A DNA stretch of 64,000 nt from Neoconidiobolus thromboides FSU 785 (taxonomy: Eukaryota; Fungi; Entomophthoromycota). The translations under genes were made by a program, and so were the position numbers. Location: positions 124,001-188,000 of the forward strand of contig MU626264.1 of assembly GCA_025603075.1 (NCBI GenBank), read 5' to 3'. This document shows positions 1 through 10,585 of this stretch, piece after piece (the stretch's first letter is position 1; every line of letters starts with the position of its first letter). The notes beneath the pieces were generated by a model that worked only from the letters and a program-made list of their open reading frames with translations, ran no database searches and had not been told where the DNA came from.

Positions 1-494
1 GGAGATTTTTAAAAACTATCAAAAGAAGATTCGTAAACAATTTATCTCGTTTTCATCTTTTGTTTATTAATAGAAAATTCACTTTACTCTTGCATAGAAC
101 TGATTCTATTACTCCTTTTTCCAAACGATTAGAAAACCTTATATCCCTATATCTTTAAAGTATATATTTCGGGCGTTCAAAAGCCAAGTATTTTTAGCGT
201 CTATCAAGCAAGTAATTTTTATAATGTGAAGATTTTACATCTCCCTTTTAAATTTAAATGTTATAGTTCTTTTAAATTAAAATACTGCTTTATTGTTATA
301 ATAAAGTTAGGGTCAGATTTAGGGCTAGATTTAAAGCTAGGTTTTGTTATTAAAAAAATGTTGCGATTTCTATTTTAAAGTCACAAAAACTGATCCTTCT
401 ATCAAAAATATGTCCTCAGTAGTATAATACTTTGCATACATATAGCCATAAATTTATTTCAATATCATAGAAACTACAGAAACAAACTCTTAAT

Positions 495-1793
495 CTATTC
501 CAACTTGATCCAGCTCAGCATTGGAACCTGCTTTAATCTATCACATAATTTCGAATCTAAAAAATGAGTGATGGGAGCAACAAGTAATAAGGGGGTCTTA
601 AGCTCAAAAATACTCTCTGTATTAACGTCCATAAGGTTGAATTTATTAATTCGGATCAATTGAAGATTTGGAAAAAAACTTAAAAAATCAAAGAATTCTT
701 CGACTAATGGATAAAAATAATTGATAGTTATGTTTTTTATATGAGTACATTTGTAGTTACAAGTTTCATTTATATTAGTTTCGTAGGCCATTTCTTTGAT
801 ATCAAAATATAATCGATCAATGTAGATGGTATTTACATTGGGGAGTGAAGCTATCGATCTCAATAAATCTTTGGATAGGTTTTTGATATAAACTTGTTTT
901 AAACTTGGTAGTTTTAATAACTCAAAACCAGTATTATTTTTCATACTAATATAACCTAAAGTATTAAGTTTAACACCTTCAAATAAAGTCAAATCAATAG
1001 TAACATCATTTCCTATAAGACCAGGACTTGAATTATCAATCAATTTAATACTTTCAAATACTTTTAAATCCCCAAAGTAATTAACAATAAAATCAAAATC
1101 TAAAGGACCTTCGAGTTCTAATTTTACATGAGCAATAAAGCTTAAATTGAAACTGAAATTAATAGGGACACTGATATGATCTTTGGATTTCAGATATAAC
1201 ACTTTTAGATTAACAAACTCACTCTTGATTCTATCCAATCCATGGAGTTCCAAATCACCACCAGTGACATGTAACTTCAATGACTTCAATATCCCTGGAT
1301 TTAAGTAATTAATAACTGTTCCCATGTTTAAATTATATGTGTAGACTTCTATCATTTCAATTTGAGTTAAATATCTGCTAAATAATTCTAAATAATGAGT
1401 CAAACCGCTATCTAATGATTTTATCACCAATCTCTTCAATTTTGGTAAACTAACTCCTAATTCATTGTTGTTATCGCTACTATTAAATAAGTTCTCGTAG
1501 TATAAAGATACTATGTTAGAACAGTAGCCAATATATTCCATTTCATTACTGGTTATATTTAAATGCTTCATCAGTGAGCCATTTTCTTTAATGAATTTTA
1601 GTTGATAAGATTTATATCTTCTATGTTTACTATGGTTGTAGTTGGAGTAGATTAAGTTTATCTTGATTACTTTGTTGACTATGTTATATATTACTTCATT
1701 CAATAAACGTAGTTCAAATAGTTGTTCTGGATTTATAAATTGGAAGATTTCTTCTAATAATACATCAGATAAATCAGTAAAGGACAAGGGCAT
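495..1793 (-). CDS. F-box domain protein with degenerate LRR-like C-terminus (intronless, 432 aa)
   Basis: N-terminus LSDVLLEEIFQFINPEQLFELRLLN fits the F-box pattern; downstream LxxLxxLxI repeats (LPKLKRLVI, LKVLYLKS, LPSLKQVYI, FPNLQLIRI); similar architecture to 18867-20252. Confidence 0.75.
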   Translation of the reverse strand: MPLSFTDLSDVLLEEIFQFINPEQLFELRLLNEVIYNIVNKVIKINLIYSNYNHSKHRRYKSYQLKFIKENGSLMKHLNITSNEMEYIGYCSNIVSLYYENLFNSSDNNNELGVSLPKLKRLVIKSLDSGLTHYLELFSRYLTQIEMIEVYTYNLNMGTVINYLNPGILKSLKLHVTGGDLELHGLDRIKSEFVNLKVLYLKSKDHISVPINFSFNLSFIAHVKLELEGPLDFDFIVNYFGDLKVFESIKLIDNSSPGLIGNDVTIDLTLFEGVKLNTLGYISMKNNTGFELLKLPSLKQVYIKNLSKDLLRSIASLPNVNTIYIDRLYFDIKEMAYETNINETCNYKCTHIKNITINYFYPLVEEFFDFLSFFPNLQLIRINKFNLMDVNTESIFELKTPLLLVAPITHFLDSKLCDRLKQVPMLSWIKLE

Positions 1794-2458
1794 GATATAG
1801 CGTTTAATGCTATAAAGAAGGGAAAATAGTTTTTTTAAAATTCTTATTTAATGGATAATTTTTTTGCTAATGACGTAACTTGAAATTACATTTTTATTCT
1901 TAAAATGCTACTATATGGATTAAATGTTTTATTTACAATAATAAACTGAATCCTCGATTAGCTGGTTTAAAAGGCGCAATAGATCAACAAATATACTCTA
2001 GTAGATTGAAAAATGCCTCTGCTTTGTTTTTATTTTTAGAAGAGATAAAAAATTAAATCAAATTCATTTTACTTTCTATCCTTTGCAATGCTGGGTATTG
2101 AGTATTAACAAAAAGGGAGCTAATGACAAATGAAGAGGAAGTTGGTTGATTAAACTGAAGAGTAAAAGCTTCTGCATAAGTTTTTAATTTTAGTAGAAAG
2201 GTAAGAGTTCTAAATTGTTAAAGAGAAGTTTTGAATCAAAATAAGTATAGATTTTTGTAAATGTAATATTATGAGTGTTGGGAAATGCTAATAAAAATAG
2301 TAAAACATTACCAAGAATAACGTTCTTTTGTATAGCCTAGAATTGGATAGCGGATAATAAAACAAAAAATTTAAAATCAAAAGTGAAACATTTAAAAAAA
2401 CCATTAATATAATTATAGGAGTAATCAAATTTTTATAACTATTATGACTATTAAACAT

Positions 2459-3232
2459 TTAAATATTTAACTTTTCACAAACCCAATCTAAATCAAATTC
2501 TTCTTTATCTTGCAACTCTAAAGCCTGTTTAAAAGACAAAATAAAACAATGTCATTAAACTAATAAAATACAAAAGCTTACGCGATTTAGCCCTGTTTCT
2601 TTCATGAAATTACTTCTGGTAGTGGAAAATAGCATATTAAGTTCATGAGAAACTAAGCATTAGGAATTGAAATTAATGTTGACGTTTGGAATGATTACTA
2701 CAAGTCAAAAATTACCTCCAGGTGGGCTGTAATGAATCAATACAAGTGGATATTTCACTCTCCCATCTTTTAACTCTTGCTAAAATAACATTTAAATTAG
2801 AAATAATATCAATGTACTTAAACTACCTTAAAGCTCAATATAATAAACGTATTAAAGAAATATAAAGTTAAGGATTGTTAGTAATAAATAAACAAAAGTA
2901 TAAATTTCAAAAAAAGGATATATTGGTGAGTCTTCTGGTAGCTCTTCTAAAAGTTCCTCAAAAGTTGTTTGTTTTTCTTCAGCTTCTAACTCAGTCTGCA
3001 TTAATTTTCGGTTTATGCTTACTATACTAACGATTAATTTATATTCCTTTGATTTATTTTTGATAGAGGTTACCTAAGATATATGAACAATCTCCTAAAT
3101 CTTTTGCAAAACGGAATTTTTTGATTTTATTTAAGATATCTTGGTCAAGCTTACAACTTATTAAACTACTCTAACATATGGGTTTGTATTAGGGGAATTT
3201 TAAGTATGCACCTTTGAGATTAATTTTACCAT
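2459..3232 (-). CDS. GMF: Glia maturation factor (ADF-H family Arp2/3 debranching factor), 7 exons, about 140 aa
   Basis: Hand splicing (ATG 3232-3230 | 3170-3074 | 3021-2922 | 2848-2827 | 2779-2716 | two further exons, stop 2461-2459) gives MSSLISCKLDQDILNKIKKFRFAKDLGDCSYILVSINRKLMQTELEAEEKQTTFEELLEELPEDSPMFIILSFKQELKDGRVKYPLVLIHYSPPGVSHELNMLFSTTRSNFMKETGLNRALELQDKEEFDLDWVCEKLNI, matching the GMF hallmarks KFRF, ELP..P.F, DGRV.YPL. Confidence 0.9.
2849..2921 (-). other. U12-type (minor spliceosome) AT-AC intron, 73 nt, intron 3 of GMF
   Basis: 5' end ATATCCTTTTT, branch site TCCTTAAC at 2874-2867, 3' end AC at 2850-2849; removal restores the frame (CCA AT|G TTT = P-M-F). Confidence 0.88.
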
Positions 3233-3820
3233 TTTATTAAAAATATCAAAAGATGGATTTAAAATTTTGTTCTTATTTTAAGTTTTAATTTGTGCCAAGT
3301 GTGTATTTTTATTGCCAATTTTCCTAAGTTTTTATTTGTAAATGAAATTTATTAATAATATTTTATTTGAAAAAATAAGCAGTAGTTTAATATACATGAA
3401 AGATAACTGATAGATATATATCGAGTCGAAGGTAAAATAGCACACGAAACTATATTAAAAAGTAGAGTTTTAGTATTAAATTTAAATAAAAAAAATATTC
3501 AACTCTTAATTATACAACTAAAATATAATAATAGTTAGAATAATTTTTAAATTTTTAATAAAATAAGAATATTAACTAAATTTAACTAAATTGTATTTAA
3601 TTTAAATATAGTTTAAAATGAACTAATAATACCATTAAATAACTAAACCGAAAATCTGGAGATATAGTTCAAAATCTAATGATGAATTACTAAATTTAGA
3701 AAATATTCAAATGTTTGAAAAAAATAGAATATAATAAATAGTTCAAACGAATGTAATCTAAAAATTTAATTAATTTATTTATATTTCTTTAATCTAATAT
3801 CATTCTCTAAAAAATCAGTC

Positions 3821-4417
3821 ATGAATTTTAAAACTTGTATAATATTACTATCCATTCACCTAACACTCTGCCAAAACCTTAGCAATGACAATAGTATGCC
3901 CCCACCACCACAAAATGATTGGCGAAGTGGCATTAACCAATTGATTCAAAATGAAAGAATGAATAATCAAGTAGCGTCAAAAAATAGTCCTGATACTAGT
4001 CAACAAGCGCCTATAGATAGTAATAATAATAACCCACAAATGTTTACCGACACCAATAACAACAATAATAACCCGCCATCACCTGCCGCAAATCCTAATA
4101 TTAATCAACAACAGCCACCTCAACCAAATAATCTAGATCCTAATCACCCTCAACCAAGTTCATCAACATCTACTGTACAAAGTATCAATCTCCAACCACA
4201 ACCAACGAATTTAAATAATACTCAAGTAGCAATACAAAATAATACAAGTTCAGCTAGCAATGGCTTTAAAACCGCTGTGATTATGGAATTGCCTAAATCT
4301 GTTTCGGTTAGAAGTGGGACATTTATTGGTTCAGATGGTGCTCTAGTTAATACTTCGTTTGTGAATTTTGTGTGTATTTTATTAGCGGTAATGACAGGTC
4401 CTTTTTTAATTAAATAA
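3821..4417 (+). CDS. Secreted Asn/Pro/Gln-rich low-complexity protein with predicted GPI-anchor signal
   Basis: Signal peptide MNFKTCIILLSIHLTLC; N/P/Q/S/T-rich body; C-terminal small-residue site followed by hydrophobic tail (SDGALVNTSFVNFVCILLAVMTGPFLIK). Confidence 0.65.
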   Translation: MNFKTCIILLSIHLTLCQNLSNDNSMPPPPQNDWRSGINQLIQNERMNNQVASKNSPDTSQQAPIDSNNNNPQMFTDTNNNNNNPPSPAANPNINQQQPPQPNNLDPNHPQPSSSTSTVQSINLQPQPTNLNNTQVAIQNNTSSASNGFKTAVIMELPKSVSVRSGTFIGSDGALVNTSFVNFVCILLAVMTGPFLIK

Positions 4418-5019
4418 ATTTTATATTTTACATTTTATTATTAACTTAATGTTGATTTGTGTAAGGTGTTTTTCAATTATTGCTAGATAATAGAGGTTTT
4501 TTTTATTAATATTTATACATAATTTTAAGCTTCAATAAAGTTTTATAAAGTCTATATTAGTCTAAATTACATACTATAATGGCTCATTTTGGATAAAATG
4601 GATATCATTGCCAGTGATAGGGAGTTGAATACTGATATTGCTTCTTCTTTTATAAATTATAATCTCCTTTATTGTTGTGCTCCTTTATATATCTACTACA
4701 CAACTTATTTTAATAAAAATGTTCGTTTGTCAAGCTATGATAGCGTACGTTTCAATAGTGCAATACATAACTTAGAGCACTATCTATTTATAGTATTTGA
4801 TTATTCGATGTTCTATCAATTAACAACTTAATTATCCGATTTTAGAAGTTTTGTTGAATGTAGATACCATGAACTTGAAAAAATTCACAATTTTTTTTTT
4901 ATAAAATACTGAAAGTAACTAGTGGTAGTTTAACTCTACAGTAGTAATACTGATTACATTTTGAGTAAATTAACCACCAACTAAACCTTCGACTTGTGTG
5001 AGAGAGATTAAAAAGTATT

Positions 5020-5111
5020 TAGGATGTTTTTTTTGACTTAACTTTTCCATCTTTTAAGCACTATTTGAGCGGAAAATTTAGTAAAATTTTTAAATACAAA
5101 AATACATCCCC
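5020..5111 (-). mobile_element. MITE family copy 1
   Basis: Matches family core TTAAGCRCTATTTGAGYRG...AAAATACATCCCC; left TIR degraded. Confidence 0.8.
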
Positions 5112-6516
5112 ATATATAAAATTAAATGATTTTTTTAATAATAGGATAAGTGAATTTATTTACGAGTTTACTATTTAGATTATTTTTTGTAGTTTTATAA
5201 AGTGTAATATTTATTAAATGATCATTTTTTGAGGTATAAAGAAAAAGCAACATAAAATTTTAAAGAGGTTTATAGTAAAAGTAATGAGGTATTATAAAGA
5301 GTTAATTATTATAGGGTATATATTTCTTTATATGAATTTGTTATATAGTTTATAAATACAAGACATCTCAACTTTAATATCAACTCAATCATCCATTATC
5401 GAGATGTAGTTGAAACTCCAAAATGTGTTACATTGAGGCCGTTTTTTTCCTCTTAATAACTTTTTCTTTTAATTAGATCTTAAACATAAGTAATTCAATT
5501 AATATTAGACTTTATATAAATTGGATTTATAATATACACAATTAGTTGATCTAAAAATTTATGCCTACCTTCCCTTTAAGTGCCCCATTATACAAGCTTT
5601 TTGATCTACTCTCATAGTTTCATTTTATTAAAAAGTAAAAAATAATAAAATAAAATGATAATATTGATTTAATAACTATAATCATAATTACAATAATACT
5701 ATAAGTAAATACAGCATCTCGATGTCTTACTGTGTTAAAATATTTATCTATTATTCTTTAATTGATATTTATACATTAAATTTAATAATTTAAAATAACA
5801 TATATTACATGCTATGCTTTATAAATTTCACTTGTTAAATTGATTTGTAAAAATTTCAAGTTCAAAATATAATTCGATGGTTTAGTATTTATAATTATGA
5901 CTATAATTGTAATTGTATTATATACAAAATTATATCATATACATTTTACTAGTTTTTAAATATTCGTTTATTATTCTTTAACTGGTATTTATAAATTACA
6001 CTTAATAATCAAAAATAATAGTTTTCTTGCATGCCAAACTTTAAACTTTTAATTTGTTGAATTAATATCACTGATTTAATGTTCTGTCAATAATTAATGT
6101 GTTAGAAAATCTGGATGACAGATTAATAAAAACAAAATATAATATCTATACTACAATATTGAAAAAAGTAATACAACAATATGAGGAAAATTCGAGTAAG
6201 ACTTATAAACCATATGATAATTGAATTATTAATAAAGTAACAGTAATATCTATTAGAACTTTATTATAAACATAATTAAGATAAGTGTGGTTTATTCTAA
6301 TTTAAACAATAATTATTATCATATTTATTCTATTTTACATAATTATAAAAATGCAATATTATATCTTTATTTTAGTCAATTAAAGATAAAACTAACTCTA
6401 CTATTTTGATATGAGTGTATAGATTCAAAATATTAAATCCACGTGTAGTTGATAAAGTATAAAAGGATAATAAATCAGACTAAATAATTAGCATAAAAGT
6501 GAAATTTTAGTTGAAT

Positions 6517-7374
6517 ATGAAAGCTATTAACATCTTACTTCCCAGTTTACTGTGCTTTAATGCTATTGAAAGCAACAAAATTGAGAGAGTTCTCTTTATT
6601 GGTTTAGATGGTGCTGGTAATTTTTACCAACAAATTGACACACCAAATATCCATAAACTTTTTGGGTCTGGCGCTTACACTAACAATGCTCAAGCTATGA
6701 AACCAACTTCCTCAGGTCAAAATTGGGGTTCCATGCTAACTGGAGTAATTCCGGAACGACATGGTGTTACTAATGGTAACATTAATAATCATTACTACAA
6801 TAAGACTGAATACCCGACTGTTTATAAAACTATCTTAAATTATAGCTCTAATGCTACTATTGCTTCCATTGTCTCTTGGGCTCCATTGAACAAAGGTCTT
6901 ACCGAAGAAGGCTTAAAATTAGATAAAGTAACTTCTAATGATGCAACTGTTTTAACTTCAACTTTAGATTATATTACTAAACGTGGCAAAGATTCTAAAT
7001 TTATGTTTGTTTATTTTGGTAATATTGATGAAACTGGACATAATAAAGGATGGTTAAGCAAAGAATATATTAAAGAATATAAACTAGTTGATAGTTATAT
7101 TGGAAAAATATTAGCTAAACTTGAAGAAGCTAAGTTAAGAGATTCAACTTTAATTTTAATGACTGCAGATCATGGTGGTATTGGTAAGACTCATGGTGGA
7201 AACTCAAAAGAAGAAACCCAAATCTTATTTGGTGCTTCTGGACCTGGTATTTCACCAAAGAAGTTGGATGATACTGTTCGTAACATGGATATCTTTGCTA
7301 TCACTTTAAAAGCTTTAAATATCCCATTGCCTTCTTATATTGATTCAAAAGTCCCATCTAATCTTTTTGATTAG
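6517..7374 (+). CDS. Secreted alkaline phosphatase superfamily enzyme (nucleotide pyrophosphatase/phosphodiesterase-like), intronless, about 285 aa
   Basis: ATG at 6517; signal peptide; metal-binding motifs FIGLDG, DETGH, TADHGG; nucleophile loop PTSSGQNWGSMLTGV. Confidence 0.85.
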   Translation: MKAINILLPSLLCFNAIESNKIERVLFIGLDGAGNFYQQIDTPNIHKLFGSGAYTNNAQAMKPTSSGQNWGSMLTGVIPERHGVTNGNINNHYYNKTEYPTVYKTILNYSSNATIASIVSWAPLNKGLTEEGLKLDKVTSNDATVLTSTLDYITKRGKDSKFMFVYFGNIDETGHNKGWLSKEYIKEYKLVDSYIGKILAKLEEAKLRDSTLILMTADHGGIGKTHGGNSKEETQILFGASGPGISPKKLDDTVRNMDIFAITLKALNIPLPSYIDSKVPSNLFD

Positions 7375-7725
7375 AAAATAAATATCAAAGTATAATTTAA
7401 AATTAATTATTTTTGAAATATGATATTGAATGTGTGTTTTAATTTGCTAATCCAAAATTAAATTTGAATACTTAAGACTGCTAATGTAAAGTATTAAATT
7501 TATCAGAGTTATTTTAAATCTATGCTATTGTTATTTAAAAATTATTAATATTTTGATTTCATTTAATTCTGTTAAAGTAAACAGAATATGATATAAAAAA
7601 ACAAAGCAAAATATTGAATTATTTTATCTACCAATATATAAAAATGAATTAAAAGCTTGTATAATAAACTAAGTAAAAATAGTTGAAAGTAAATAAATGA
7701 TACTATTTTCTTAAGTTTACTATAT

Positions 7726-7824
7726 GGGGATGTATTTTTGTATTTAAGAATTTTACTAACAATTTTTCTGTTCAGATAGTGCTTAAAAGATGGAAAAAGT
7801 AATGAAGCTAAAAAAAACATCCCC
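7726..7824 (+). mobile_element. MITE family copy 2
   Basis: GGGGATGTATTTTTG ... AAAAAACATCCCC, AT on both flanks. Confidence 0.9.
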
Positions 7825-8727
7825 ATTATTAGTTAAAAATTTATTAGTAATATTTTTTTAACTAAATCTTGAATATAAATAATTTAAATAAGATGAAATT
7901 TTATATATGCTCTATTTATAATAACTACAATTCATTAGTTTGAAAAAATCACACTTATTATTCTTTTAAGCTACTGTCCTGGCTTTAAAATAACTAAATG
8001 ATAGAAACTTTCAATGAGACAATTGATTAATTTCATTGCCTTCTGGTCATTATTGAAATGATATGAATCCTCTATATCAAACACTAAAATTCAGTTTGAT
8101 TTAAATAAATAGTTGACAATATTTATAATTAAAAAATATAGTTGAAATTATTAAAATTTATCAGGAATTCCTTTTTAATTAATAAAAACCTAATAAACAA
8201 TAAACTGTTAGTTTAAAACGAGTCAATCTATATACTAATATTTGAAATCAATCAATAGAATATTTATTTATGATAATTCTTTTAACATCTAATATAAGAA
8301 ATTGTTCTAACTTTGATAGATGCATTGAAGTCAAAGTAGAGTTTAGTGTGAGTTTTAAGGAGCTCGTATTTTCAAAAATGAAGACTAATTAGAGTATCTG
8401 AGTCAATGATTATAAAGTTGATTTATTTATAATATCAAAGCTTACCTGTGAAAGGATTGGGACTAAGCTTCTAACATATCGAATAAATACAATTCGAAAT
8501 ATTTTAGTCTCTTCAATAGGTTTGGTGGCAAAGTCTAGTTACTGAGTTGGCTGCTAGAACAGCGTATTTATATTTCAGCTATGAGCTTATATTGACAATT
8601 AGAAATTTAGAAATTAGCTTGTATTTATATAAGATTGAAATCGGAATCAATATTGATAACTAATATACTAAATTTAGTTATTGTGATAAAGTTTCAAGTT
8701 TCAAAGTGATAGAAAAAGAATATAAAG

Positions 8728-8825
8728 GGGGATGTATTTTTATCTTTAAAAATTTTATTAACAAATTTTCTGCTCAAATAGCGCTTAAAAGATACAAAAG
8801 TCATGGAATCAAAAAAAACATCCCC
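8728..8825 (+). mobile_element. MITE family copy 3
   Basis: GGGGATGTATTTTT ... AAAAAACATCCCC with family core. Confidence 0.85.
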
Positions 8826-9485
8826 AAATACTAATGTTTATTTTAGTTAAATTTAATAGAAGCCTATTGAATTTAAAAATGAATTATTATTATTATTACT
8901 ATATATAGTTCTACCTGTATTTGCATCATTATTAACAATGATAAATTGACTAGTGATGCCTTTTCTTCTTTACTTTTTTCAAGTCATCGTTTCTATCATC
9001 ATTGTAACTGTTTCTACATTTAGTGAAGTAGCTTATTTTAATAAACTAATAATTGGCTAATATAGTAACATGTAGTCGCAAATAGATAAATTTTTATTAG
9101 AATCCTACTATTTATTCTAACTTACCAATTTGTATATTATTTTATTTAATTGTTTAATTATTTGGATTTTACAAGTTCATTAAAATTAAAAATAATATTC
9201 AACTAGAATAAACTTTATAGCATAAAATTTACAATTACTATTGTTAACTTCCTTTTGTAGCTATGGTTCTATTTTAGATATAAAGTTAAGGTGAGTAGAG
9301 TATTGAATGATAATAAGTTTTAAAAAATTTAATAAAAATATATAAAAAAAGTTCGTATAATTTATACAAATTCTTAGTATTTATTAAACATTTAAACTTA
9401 ATTGTAATATAAAAAATTTATCATTTAATGTCTACATTTATAATTATCCAAAGAAAACACTCTTAATTCCACTAACATTCATCTT

Positions 9486-10375
9486 TTATACATATTTAAT
9501 AACCAATAGCAGTCCAATAAAGCATCCAACTATAATTAACCAAAGTCTCCAATTACTTAGCTTTTCTTCTAAGACCTTTAATCTTTTTCTACCTTGTGTT
9601 AGATTATTGTCTGTATTATCTAGATCATCTTCTAGTTCAGTTAATAATTCATTATGATTGATTAATTCCTCATTAATTTGTAAAGAAATATGTTTTTGAT
9701 TTGAGATACTAGAGCTAAGTAGATCCAGGTTACGGTCCTGATCTAGTGGAAAAATAAAATGAAGGATTAGTAAGGGGATGAAATGGAAAAAACAATTTAA
9801 CTTACCTTGTATAGTTTGTTGTTGCATTAATAATAAGTCTTGATTGTTATAATTTTGATATAGATTCGAAGCGTCATCAACATCCAGATTATCATCATTA
9901 TTATTTAAATTTGAATTTGCAGTTGGATTACTAAATTGAAAAAAAAGTTCAGAAATTAAATAATGGCATAATTTAATAACTTACTTTGATGAAAACAAAT
10001 TCATTTCTACCACGTCTTCATTTAGTTTTAACAAATTATAGCGTTCTACATAAGTTTTAAAATTAAATTCAAATTTATTATACTTTTTCTGAAGTTCTTC
10101 ATCTTCTTCATCGTCGATTCTAATATATATAAAAGGATGTTAATTAATCAATCCTTGATATACCTAAAAAAAATTTGCTATTATCTCTTCATTAGAAAGT
10201 GAACTTACTTTGTTTCAATACTTTTATAAAAATTCAATAATTGTTGATGATTACTATTGATTTCTAAATGATAACTATCATCTTCAATATTTAATAAAAT
10301 ACATCGTTCATACTCTTTTAATAGTGATGTGTTTTGTTGTAATAATAATTGAGCTTTATTGTAAGTTAAAACCAT
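9486..10375 (-). CDS. Syntaxin-8/SYN8-like Qc-SNARE, multi-exon
   Basis: ATG at 10375 (MVLTYNKAQLLLQQ); spliced to SNARE motif QQQTIQDQDRNLDLLSSSISNQKHISLQINEELINHNELLTELEDDLD and a C-terminal transmembrane helix. Confidence 0.75.
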
Positions 10376-10585
10376 GGTAAGAGTAAATAATAATAATAAT
10401 AATAAAAGTAATAAAAAAAATAGTTAAAAATGAAATTTAGTTTTTAAGCAATTTTTTGAACTTTAAACTTTGAGCTTGAAGTTTGAAATTTCTCATTGGT
10501 TGGAATCTTAATTCTTTATAAATTTAATTCAACTTTTTTCATTTTCTAATTCATTCAATTGACTTTTCAAAATTAATCAAGAAAG
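10376..10585. promoter_or_regulatory. Short divergent promoter region shared by the SNARE and SPB4 genes
   Basis: Head-to-head ATGs at 10375 (-) and 10586 (+), 210 bp apart. Confidence 0.5.

Noticed and set aside
307-340. TTAGGG twice at a 12-bp period
   Set aside because: Only two degenerate units; insufficient for telomeric or interstitial telomere repeat
7572-7826. Track ORFs at 7572-7826, 17280-17474 and 18407-18661 sharing FFLASLLFPSFKHYL or FAQIALKNGK-like text
   Set aside because: They are translations of MITE sequence, not a protein family
8524-8532. GGTGGCAAA (Rpn4 PACE-like site)
   Set aside because: Not upstream of any proteasome-related gene; lies in decayed intergenic sequence
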